Shown in pieces: positions 28,375 through 36,410 of a DNA stretch of 64,000 bases (positions within the stretch are counted from its first letter, which is position 1; each line of letters begins with the position of its first letter). Position numbers and translations under genes: made by a program. The notes under the pieces are model-generated. The model had not been told where the DNA came from and searched no databases. It worked only from the letters and a program-made list of their open reading frames with translations. This DNA is from Candidatus Udaeobacter sp. (GTDB lineage Bacteria > Verrucomicrobiota > Verrucomicrobiia > Chthoniobacterales > UBA10450): the NCBI GenBank assembly GCA_035713885.1, contig DASTMV010000054.1, positions 2,236 to 66,235 on the forward strand. Direction: 5' to 3'.

Positions 28375-29964
28375 ATGCTCATTAACAGATTTATCTTGCG
28401 GGCAGCAGGAGCCAGCCTTGCTGTGCTTCTATCGCTGGCGGCACAGCCGCTTAAAGCTCAGGCGGCATCTGACGCCGATCGGATCGAAAAACTCGAGCGC
28501 GCCGTCCAGGCATTACAACAACGCAATTCCCAGTTGGAATCGGAGATCTCCGGGCTCAAGAAGACGCAGAACGCGTTCGCCGCGCCGCCTCCTCCCGAAG
28601 GCAAAATGAAAACGGTGACGTCAACAGACGGCAAAAATTATGTGGAGAAGCTGGTCCCGGATTTGGGCGGTTCAAAATGGAAGTTGTTTCCAGCGATTAC
28701 AGAACTGGAATTGTTTGGTGACATGCGTCTGCGATATGAATATCGCGGTGGCCGGCTGCCCGATGATGATCCGACTAACCCCAACGACTGGCAGGAGCGC
28801 GAGCGTGAAAGATACCGTTTGCGCATAGGTTTGCGCGGAACCGTTCTGGATGATTGGTTCTTTGGCCTGCGATTGGAGACGAGCGCCAGCGCGCGCTCCA
28901 CAAACGTGACAATGGGAGGGGACACCTCGAGTACCTCGCCGGGCGGCGGTGGACCATTCGCAAAGGGCGACGACGGTATCTTCGTCGGACAGGCGTATGG
29001 CGGTTACAAGGGCTTCCCCGGCTTTACGTTCACCGGGGGTCGAATGCCAAATCCGTTCGTCAACACCTCAATGGTTTGGGATGACGACATCAACCCAGAA
29101 GGTTTGGCCGAGCAGTGGAAACACACGTTCACTATTGGTGGCGGGGAAGTTGCTCCAGTTTCCTACAGCAAGGATGGCAAAGCGGTTGCGGGTCCACCGG
29201 CAGAGCCGTTCCTAAAAATCGACGTATTCGCGAATTTCGCTCAATTCGTTTACGACGATTCCAATCCCTCAAACCCAATTGGCCCAATTCCAACGGTTAC
29301 ACAGCCGATAGGCGGTGAGACTCAGAATGTGCCGACCGCCAATGCATTCATGCTCGGCTGGCAGGCTGGAGCGAAGTTCGATTTCCTCAAGAAATTTTAC
29401 TTCCAGCTCGCGCCAACTCTTTACAACTACACCGGCGACGGCAACACATTTAACATCCATTTCTCAGGTGATCCCGGGGGCAATCAAACAGGTATCAACA
29501 GTCTTTTAGTTTTCGATATACCAGCTGAGATCGGGTGGAAAATCGGCAAATTACCGATGCGAATCTTTGGGGATTTTGCCACCAACTTCGACGCGGACGA
29601 TCGTGCCGATGCTGCGGGACATTCAGGGAAGGGTGACGATCGATACGCATATGAGATTGGTCTCGGGATTGGACAGCTAAAGAAAAAACACGATTGGGAG
29701 GTTCGCGCGTGGTGGCAACACCAGGATCAGTTTGCGCTGGATCCGAACCTGATTGATTCAGACATCTTCAATAGTCAGTTGAACCTGAATGGCGTGGCTG
29801 TGAAAGCCGGGTACATGCTGGCTGACGCGGTAGTTTTCAACCTCACCTATTCCTATGGCTGGCGCATCGACGATGCACTTGGGACTGGTGGTGTGGGTGA
29901 CATTAATATCAATCCGCTGGATCAGTATCAATTGCTTCAAGCGGATCTCAGCTTCAAATTCTAG
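28375..29964 (+). CDS. Outer-membrane porin, putative phosphate-selective / Pho-regulated
   Basis: Signal peptide (..PLKAQA), N-terminal coiled coil (DRIEKLERAVQALQQRNSQLESEISGLKK), alternating beta-strand pattern, terminal aromatic (..DLSFKF). AAGGAG SD. Divergent from phoB. Confidence 0.65.
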   Translation: MLINRFILRAAGASLAVLLSLAAQPLKAQAASDADRIEKLERAVQALQQRNSQLESEISGLKKTQNAFAAPPPPEGKMKTVTSTDGKNYVEKLVPDLGGSKWKLFPAITELELFGDMRLRYEYRGGRLPDDDPTNPNDWQERERERYRLRIGLRGTVLDDWFFGLRLETSASARSTNVTMGGDTSSTSPGGGGPFAKGDDGIFVGQAYGGYKGFPGFTFTGGRMPNPFVNTSMVWDDDINPEGLAEQWKHTFTIGGGEVAPVSYSKDGKAVAGPPAEPFLKIDVFANFAQFVYDDSNPSNPIGPIPTVTQPIGGETQNVPTANAFMLGWQAGAKFDFLKKFYFQLAPTLYNYTGDGNTFNIHFSGDPGGNQTGINSLLVFDIPAEIGWKIGKLPMRIFGDFATNFDADDRADAAGHSGKGDDRYAYEIGLGIGQLKKKHDWEVRAWWQHQDQFALDPNLIDSDIFNSQLNLNGVAVKAGYMLADAVVFNLTYSYGWRIDDALGTGGVGDININPLDQYQLLQADLSFKF

Positions 29965-29980
29965 GACGGTTAGGTAACGA

Positions 29981-30012
29981 AAGCCCGCCGGGAGCGTCTT
30001 ACTGGCGGGCTT
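29981..30012 (+). terminator. Stem-loop after the porin gene
   Basis: 9-bp GC-rich stem AAGCCCGCC / GGCGGGCTT with a 14-nt loop, 17 nt after the stop. The U-tract is poor (GGCGTT). Confidence 0.45.
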
Positions 30013-30041
30013 GGCGTTACGCTCCGATCGGTGACAGCGGC

Positions 30042-30386
30042 ATGAAAACAAAAGCCCAGGAAAAGCGAGCACGTCGCAGGATATTGATGGAATCGTCGCC
30101 GCTGACGATGCTGGAATCCGAACTTCGTACGTTGCACCACGATCTGCGCACCGTCGCCAAGGCCTACGTCAGCCGCCTCGAAAACGATCTACTCGTCTGT
30201 ATCGCCGCCCTCAGATCATATGGCCCAATCGAACGCGTGCCTAAAGAATTGCTCCATGAAATCCGCGATCTGACGATTGTGGTTCGCAATCGCAAGTTGA
30301 AACCCGAAAAAGGCCGTCGCAAAGATCTAAGGAAAATCGATTCGCTGATTGTGGATCTGGCCTCGACCGTGGGACACAAAAACTGA
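30042..30386 (+). CDS. Hypothetical basic helical protein (114 aa)
   Basis: ATG ORF with charged helical composition. No family recognised. Confidence 0.35.
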   Translation: MKTKAQEKRARRRILMESSPLTMLESELRTLHHDLRTVAKAYVSRLENDLLVCIAALRSYGPIERVPKELLHEIRDLTIVVRNRKLKPEKGRRKDLRKIDSLIVDLASTVGHKN

Positions 30387-30451
30387 GCAACACGACGCCA
30401 TCATCCTAGATCCAACTGCATGGATGAGGTCACCGATTGCTGTTGGAAGAA

Positions 30452-30976
30452 TTAGTTTTGCGACTCGGGAAACAACTCTCCGAACAGCGCAATCAAAATG
30501 TTCTGGAGTGAAAGATTGTTATCTGTTTGGACCCAGCTTGGGCCGCCCCGCGAATAGTTTGTGGCCGCCAAAGTGAGCGTGACGCGGCCGCTATCCTTTA
30601 CCACGTACACCTTTGCACCCGGAGCAAGATCGATCCCGCGACAGGCGATGCCCTTCCCGAAGTGCGCGACTAAGATCACTTCACCATGGCTGCTCCTCGC
30701 AAAGAACAGGCGCCGTGCCGAATCGAATCGGACCCCTGGAAATCGAAAGTCGAACGATTCGTACGTGACAGGATCGTTGCTATCGGCGTAAGGCGAGTTA
30801 CTGAACGTGATCCGCGCCGCCAGTTCGCCCGCTAAACGGTCGACATAGAACCGATGTGAGACCATTTCACAGAAGGCAAATGTTTGGGCATGATCGGGAC
30901 TGGTGATCCTGACCGCATCTCCCACTCCGTGAGCGTTCGCCGTGAGAATGGCTGTTAGTAAGATCACCAGCCGCAT
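30452..30976 (-). CDS. Secreted hypothetical protein
   Basis: Trimmed to MRLVILLTAILTANAHG signal peptide (ATG 30974-30976). 44 nt downstream of the preceding secreted ORF. Confidence 0.5.
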   Translation of the reverse strand: MRLVILLTAILTANAHGVGDAVRITSPDHAQTFAFCEMVSHRFYVDRLAGELAARITFSNSPYADSNDPVTYESFDFRFPGVRFDSARRLFFARSSHGEVILVAHFGKGIACRGIDLAPGAKVYVVKDSGRVTLTLAATNYSRGGPSWVQTDNNLSLQNILIALFGELFPESQN

Positions 30977-31020
30977 GATGCAAAAGTATAAGTGCAGCGC
31001 CTTTTTCGCCGAGCTTGCTC

Positions 31021-31482
31021 TTAGCGACGACCACCCCACTCTTCAAATGGATTGTAAACGGGCAAAGCGTAGTACCACATGAAACCACCCGGCCGCGCGG
31101 CGCGGCTATGCCCGTGGCCAAAGAGCCGTTCCACGTCATCGACGGTCGTGTGGCCGATGATGAGAGAACCGATCCGGATCTTGTAAAAATCATACGGTAA
31201 CGACTGCGCGATGTAAGCCGGAGGCGCGATCAACAGGCCATTTCGATTGAAGCGAAACGCAAGCGCGTCCGCTCCATATCCGTGCCGCAGCGGATCGGCG
31301 GTATCGATCACAGGCGCTTCATACAAGCCAAGCTGGTAAAACAATTGCGAATCGGGTTGCACGATATAATAGCCGTTTCGCAGGCCTAACGAGACGTAAT
31401 TCGAATCGTCGTCCCATGAAGCTGCAAAGGCTAAATTCGCAATCATCAGTATGCACAGAGAAGTGCAAAAACAGCGATACAT
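31021..31482 (-). CDS. Secreted hypothetical protein
   Basis: Signal peptide MYRCFCTSLCILMIANLAFAAS. Aromatic-rich mature part. No family recognised. Confidence 0.5.
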   Translation of the reverse strand: MYRCFCTSLCILMIANLAFAASWDDDSNYVSLGLRNGYYIVQPDSQLFYQLGLYEAPVIDTADPLRHGYGADALAFRFNRNGLLIAPPAYIAQSLPYDFYKIRIGSLIIGHTTVDDVERLFGHGHSRAARPGGFMWYYALPVYNPFEEWGGRR

Positions 31483-31512
31483 AATTAGTCCATTAGCCTA
31501 GCTGAGTTTTCT

Positions 31513-31549
31513 GTCCACGGACGTCTTTAATTTGCCACAGAAATGTAAC
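31513..31549 (+). promoter_or_regulatory. Candidate Pho-box-like periodic repeats in a divergent promoter
   Basis: GTCCA (31513), GTCTT (31523), GCCAC (31534), GTAAC (31545) at 10/11/11-nt spacing. The last two form GCCACagaaatGTAAC, the same architecture as the pstS and porin sites. Confidence 0.25.
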
Positions 31550-31602
31550 GATAATTTTTTTGCCAGCGGGTGACTGCCTTTCTTACGTTTGTCTTGAGCA
31601 GA

Positions 31603-32472
31603 ATGGACGTGTTCACTTTGCCCCGGACCAGTTCGCCGGGACCTTTCGTAACTCAACAGCGATTTTCGTTCAACTTCCTGGCATCCCGTCGATATCGCGC
31701 GGCATGGATCTCGGACGCGCACCTGGGCACGCGCGGCTGTAACGCTAGTGCGTTGCTGGACTTTTTGCGGGAGAATGATTTTGGCACGTTGTATATTGTG
31801 GGCGACCTGATCGATATTTGGTCGCTGCGGCGCGGAATTTATTGGCCGCAGGAACACAACGATGTGATCCAAAAAATTCTGCGTAAAGCGCGTAAAGGCA
31901 CTCGCGTAGTCTACATCCCCGGAAATCACGATGAATTGGTGACCAGCTTTTGTGGCACCTACGGCAACATTGAGATCAAGCAGAGCGCCATTCATGTGAC
32001 CGCTTCCGGAGAACGCATCCTGGTTATCCATGGCCACGAACTCGACGCTGTTGTCCAGAATGTGAAGTGGCTCGCGTTCGCTGGCGATCTTGGTTATCAA
32101 TTCTTGCTTTCGCTCAATCCGTTCATCAACTTCGTCAGGCGTCTTTTCGGTCTGGGCTATTGGTCGCTTAGCGCCTACGCAAAGCGACGGGTGAAAGACG
32201 CGGTAAGCTTTATCGGCAAATTCGAAGCCGCCGTGGCGCATTATTCGGAACGCCATCATGTGGACGCGGTGCTGTGCGGCCATATTCACTGCGCTGCGAT
32301 TCGGGAATTTGGAAATGTTTCGTACTACAACTGCGGTGACTGGGTCGAGAGCTGCACCGCTCTGGTCGAGAGCGACGATGGCATGATTGCGCTGGTCAAT
32401 TACGATCCAGCGAGCGCAGCAGTGTCAACAACTGGTCTAGTGAGGTCAAAAGAACCCCTGGTGAACAGTTGA
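31603..32472 (+). CDS. LpxH-like calcineurin-type metallophosphoesterase (UDP-2,3-diacylglucosamine diphosphatase family)
   Basis: All metallophosphatase blocks are present: WISDAHLG, YIVGDLID, YIPGNHDE, VIHGHELD, LCGHIHCA. ATG 31603 preferred; GTG 31570 is possible. Confidence 0.8.
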   Translation: MDVFTLPRTSSPGPFVTQQRFSFNFLASRRYRAAWISDAHLGTRGCNASALLDFLRENDFGTLYIVGDLIDIWSLRRGIYWPQEHNDVIQKILRKARKGTRVVYIPGNHDELVTSFCGTYGNIEIKQSAIHVTASGERILVIHGHELDAVVQNVKWLAFAGDLGYQFLLSLNPFINFVRRLFGLGYWSLSAYAKRRVKDAVSFIGKFEAAVAHYSERHHVDAVLCGHIHCAAIREFGNVSYYNCGDWVESCTALVESDDGMIALVNYDPASAAVSTTGLVRSKEPLVNS

Positions 32473-32579
32473 GTCTATTCTCAATTACCGGCGTCTGGCC
32501 CGGTGTTACGAAGTCGCCACCAGTTCTTAACAGTTCGTCACCTGACGCGACATGCGTCTGCGCTATCTAACCTCCGGTT

Positions 32580-32807
32580 ATGACTGCGATCACAGTAAAG
32601 CGAACAATCATTAGACGTGCGCGACCACAAAGACTGACGAAAAGCCGTTCATTTAGTGAACTGGCTCGACTTTATTTCGGTAGGGAAAGGAGTCTGGAGT
32701 TTGCTATTGAGGCGTTGCTTTTTGCCATCATCGTTGCGATTTCAGCGTGGCCGGTAATGGCAGCCGTTGGTGCACTACAGGAATTTTTCAAGAGCGCCGC
32801 AATCTAG
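32580..32807 (+). CDS. Small tail-anchored membrane protein (75 aa)
   Basis: Basic N-terminus and a single C-terminal TM. Shares the motif GRE..E..FA(I/V)I..SAWPV with ORF 48382..48678. Confidence 0.4.
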   Translation: MTAITVKRTIIRRARPQRLTKSRSFSELARLYFGRERSLEFAIEALLFAIIVAISAWPVMAAVGALQEFFKSAAI

Positions 32808-32923
32808 GAAACGGTGAGAAGGGTAATGCCATTAGCAAGACGTTGAAGCGGTCTGTTAGTGGACCAGCTTACTGAACGCGAAAATCTCGACAGCAACTTC
32901 ATGACGCTTAGGATGTTCATCTT

Positions 32924-33403
32924 GTGCAACGGACGGGTTCGACGCGAAACAATCGCGAAATTGAACGAAAATTCCTGGTTAAGGAGCTTCCCCATGATCT
33001 GACGAAATCGCGCTGCTTCCTTATTGAGCAAGGTTATCTAGCAACTGAATCGGCCGGTAGACAAGTCCGGCTTCGCAAGACTGGCAGCGGTACGTCGCTG
33101 ACGTTTAAGATTGGCCGGAGCAGCCATCGGGAAGAACGTGAGATCAAGCTGAGTCCGAAGCAGTTCGCAGTGCTCTGGCCAGGTACGACGGGGAGAAGAT
33201 TAAGGAAACTGCGCTACGAAGTTCCTTGGAAAGGTCTGCTCATCGAGATCGATATTTATCGTGGCAGGCATGCCGGTCTCGTAGTGGCAGAGGTGGAATT
33301 TCCCGACCGTGCAAGTTGTCGCAAATTCAAGCCGCCGTCCTGGTTTGGGCGGGAAGTCACTGGCGAAAAGCGTTACAGCAACGTGCGGCTTGCCAACGAA
33401 TAG
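32924..33403 (+). CDS. CYTH-domain protein (triphosphate tunnel metalloenzyme)
   Basis: N-terminal EIERKFLV (ExExK) motif, VRLRK, EEREI and VVAEVEF strands of the CYTH tunnel. GTG start. Confidence 0.75.
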   Translation: MQRTGSTRNNREIERKFLVKELPHDLTKSRCFLIEQGYLATESAGRQVRLRKTGSGTSLTFKIGRSSHREEREIKLSPKQFAVLWPGTTGRRLRKLRYEVPWKGLLIEIDIYRGRHAGLVVAEVEFPDRASCRKFKPPSWFGREVTGEKRYSNVRLANE

Positions 33404-33413
33404 TAGAGGCTCC

Positions 33414-34304
33414 ATGGGCTTCCGTTTGAAACTGCGCGAACCCCTTCCCGAAGGACTGAAGCGAGTTTTTTGCGAACAAATCGACGCGGCTCTTTACTTG
33501 TGCCAGCACCCCATAACACAGCGTGGTATTACTGTGCACGAAGTGCGGAAGCACTTAAAGAAGTTGCGCGCGGCGATGCGGCTCGCCTCAGGGACGGTGG
33601 GCAAGGATTGTCACGCCCGCCAGGATCGGTGCGTGCGCAAGATCGGACGATCGGTGTCGGATTTGCGCGATGCGCAGGTACGACTGCAAACATTCATCGA
33701 ATTGCGCGATCAGTCCGGGAAACATTCGGAACAACAACCTTTTTCGCGCACGGAGGAATTGTTGTCGCTGGAACGAGAGAGTTTTTCCGCAGCCTTCGCA
33801 GGTTGGCAAACCCAGGCAATTCCGCAACTGGAACGCGTGAAGTCGCGCCTAATGAATTGGCCGTTGGAGGGGCTTGCCTGGAAGGAGGTTTGCGAAGCGG
33901 TCGCCAAAATTTACCAACGCGGACAACGCAGACTCGCGAAAACAATTGCTGACCCGGTGCCGGAGAATTTCCATGCTTGGCGCAAGCGGGTTAAAGACAT
34001 TTGGTACGAACTACGCATTTTGCAGCCCCTTAACCGTGTGGTTCTGCAACAAATGGCCCATGATGCAGAGATCTTGGGCGAATTGCTCGGTCGCGAGCAT
34101 GATCTTGATTTTCTGTTGGCGCGTCTCAAGAAGGAAAGCGCCGATGAGACGCTCGAAGATGAACTGGCGCAGCTCGAGAAGCTGATCGGCAAACGGGGCA
34201 GACGCCTGCGGCGCGACGCGCTGGAACTTGGACGGCGATTTTACGCGGAGCCGGCGAAAGCTTTCGCAAAACGGATCTCTATCTTTGTGGGTAAACGGAT
34301 TTGA
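33414..34304 (+). CDS. CHAD-domain protein
   Basis: All-helical, His/Arg/Lys-rich with VHEVRKHLKKLRAAMRL and FHAWRKRVKDIWYELRIL blocks typical of CHAD. Trimmed to ATG 33414, 11 nt after the CYTH stop. Confidence 0.75.
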   Translation: MGFRLKLREPLPEGLKRVFCEQIDAALYLCQHPITQRGITVHEVRKHLKKLRAAMRLASGTVGKDCHARQDRCVRKIGRSVSDLRDAQVRLQTFIELRDQSGKHSEQQPFSRTEELLSLERESFSAAFAGWQTQAIPQLERVKSRLMNWPLEGLAWKEVCEAVAKIYQRGQRRLAKTIADPVPENFHAWRKRVKDIWYELRILQPLNRVVLQQMAHDAEILGELLGREHDLDFLLARLKKESADETLEDELAQLEKLIGKRGRRLRRDALELGRRFYAEPAKAFAKRISIFVGKRI

Positions 34305-34409
34305 AACAAGAAGACTTGCCCGGGACACTTAACCGTTGTCCCGAGCGAATAAACCCTGCAGAACACGCAACGTCAGGCAAGCATTATCGTTCCCGACTAA
34401 TCAGCTTGG

Positions 34410-34736
34410 GTGCGCTACCCTATTCGCGCCGCCTACTGGTTTTGCAAGGGCTTCTCCGCTTTTGATCGAGTGAGCCGAACAATGTATTCTAGAATCCCGG
34501 CTGAGGGAAACTCAGATCCATGCGACTACGTTGCTGCCGCTTGCGTGTTGTTGTTTTGCGTAACTGTAATCACCGCGCGCCCGGCAACCATAACCGTAAC
34601 CAACACTAATGACAGTGGCCCAGGCTCGTTACGTCAGGCACTCGCCGATGCCGACGACGGTGACACGATTACCTTCGATTCCGCGCTCGCCGGCCAAACG
34701 ATAACACTCACCACTACCGAGCTCGCGATCATCTGA
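34410..34736 (+). pseudogene. 5' remnant of a large CSLREA/beta-helix-type surface protein
   Basis: Hydrophobic leader, then [47 protein letters not shown] followed directly by TGA. This motif normally opens very long repeat proteins. About 235 nt of apparently non-coding DNA follows. Confidence 0.45.
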
Positions 34737-34973
34737 CACGCGCGACAAAGATTTTGCAGACACGACCATTCGTGCAGAAGTCTGCAGGCGCTGCACTCAA
34801 GATGCTTCAGGAACATACGGAACAGAGCGTAAACGTTGTGGCGCCAGCTTTCCTCAGCGGATTGCTCATCGGAAGAGCGCGTTTCAATCGCCCACATCGG
34901 CTGAAGCCGCCACTTCGATTTATGCGCTGATGCGAGCACGGCTGCAATTTGCGATCCGTGTTAGATTAGTTCG

Positions 34974-36032
34974 GTGAACCTGCTGACTTTGACAGAAATT
35001 CGACGGGCCGCACAGAGCTCCGGCGTTCCGGCCCGCGTGCATGTGCAGGTGGAGAGCGCAACACCAAAGCTCACGCGTGAACAACAGCCATATTGTGAGC
35101 TCACACTTGCGGATGCATGCGACCGAATGACCTTGCGCGTCTGGAGCGACCATCCGGCCTACAAAACCTGCAGCGCATTAACGATGCACGATTTCGTCGA
35201 GCTCACGGCGGAATTTTGCCAATCGCAATACGGGCTGGATGCTCGCAAGTGGACAGTCCGACCATTGACCGAACAGGAAAAAAATGAGTTGCTGCAAGGG
35301 CCGGCAGATTTGCGCGCCAAACAGGCGTCCGATTTCGAGTTTATAAGGAAAACTGTCGGAAAGATTGCTGATCCACGGCTGCGCACATTGGGCGAAGCGT
35401 TTCTTAACGAATGGGGGGATCGTTTCCGGCGCGCGGCAGCCGCGCGAAAAAATCACCACGCCCGCCGGGGCGGACTGGTAGAGCATACTGCGCAGATGAT
35501 GCGCGTGGCAAAAGAGATCGCGCCGCTTTATCCCCCGTTGAACACCGACCTGTTGGTGGCGGGAATTCTTTTCCACGATTCCGGAAAGCTTTGGGAGAAC
35601 GCGCTGCCGGAAAACGGGTTTGTGATGAATTATGATGAGCTCGGTGAGTTGATGGGACACATTTCGATCGGCCTCGAGTTGGTGAATGCGTTGTGGAGAA
35701 GGTTAAGTACCGAAAACGCTGACGAGTGGAAGAATCTTTTGCCGACGTCGGAAGATGTTCGAATACACCTGCTGCATCTGATCGGCGCGCATCACGGCGA
35801 ACGGGAGTTTGGTTCGCCTGTAGCGCCGAAAACGCCAGAGGCAATGGCGCTTCATTACATTGACAATCTGGATGCTCGTCTGGAAATGTTTGCCGCAGGT
35901 TACACCACTGCCAAGCCGCTAGCGCCGCGTATTTTTGATCGCGTTTGGCCATTACCAGGAAATCTGGTGAAACCTTTGGAGAAATTTCAGCAGACAGCGA
36001 GTGAGCCCGCGCTTGAGGAGAAACTTCTGTGA
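34974..36032 (+). CDS. YhaM-like 3'-5' exoribonuclease (OB-fold + HD domain)
   Basis: N-terminal OB-like region, then HD-domain motifs (GGLVEHT, LFHDSGK, GAHHGEREFGSP). GTG start at 34974. Confidence 0.75.
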   Translation: MNLLTLTEIRRAAQSSGVPARVHVQVESATPKLTREQQPYCELTLADACDRMTLRVWSDHPAYKTCSALTMHDFVELTAEFCQSQYGLDARKWTVRPLTEQEKNELLQGPADLRAKQASDFEFIRKTVGKIADPRLRTLGEAFLNEWGDRFRRAAAARKNHHARRGGLVEHTAQMMRVAKEIAPLYPPLNTDLLVAGILFHDSGKLWENALPENGFVMNYDELGELMGHISIGLELVNALWRRLSTENADEWKNLLPTSEDVRIHLLHLIGAHHGEREFGSPVAPKTPEAMALHYIDNLDARLEMFAAGYTTAKPLAPRIFDRVWPLPGNLVKPLEKFQQTASEPALEEKLL

Positions 36033-36084
36033 CAGGATACGAACCTACGCAAATCTCATCAGGCCATCTGATCGAGGCATTTTC

Positions 36085-36410
36085 GTGATCACCGTAATGC
36101 TCGAAGTGATCTTGCTGATCTGCGCGGTTGTCTTCAGCAAGCTAACGATCAAAGTCGACGATCATATTTGCAGGCTTGCTTCTCAATAGGAATCAGATTC
36201 AAGAAAGTATAGGTGGCGGAAATCAGCGATTGTGAGCCCATTCGCATTCGATGGTGGTTTGGTTGGGGCGTTCATCTATCGCCGTACGGTTGGCTATATA
36301 GCATTTCCGGCTTCGACGAGGTAGCGATCACATTGCGCGACGGTCAGAAATTCGCGCTCGGCACAGACGATCCGCAGGGACTCGTGAGGGCGGTAAGGCG
36401 TTCAATTTAG
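36085..36410 (+). pseudogene. Possible disrupted small membrane/PH-like protein gene
   Basis: The frame-1 ORF (TM helix + KLTIKVDDHICRL) stops at 36187-36189. A different frame continues ..IGIRFKKV-TAG-VAEISDCEPIRIRWWFGWGVHLSPYGWLYSISGFDEVAITLRDGQKF.. Together they resemble one bacterial PH-like domain protein broken by a frameshift and a stop. Confidence 0.25.

Noticed and set aside
31498-32289. 263-aa ORF on the minus strand
   Set aside because: It is fully antisense to the LpxH-like gene, which carries all five metallophosphatase motifs. The antisense product has no recognisable motifs. This looks like a typical shadow ORF.
34634-34939. 101-aa minus-strand ORF in the gap after the adhesin remnant
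   Set aside because: It partly overlaps the remnant. It has no motif, no SD, and a Cys/Ser/Arg-rich composition. I considered a transposase or recombinase fragment but found no supporting motif.
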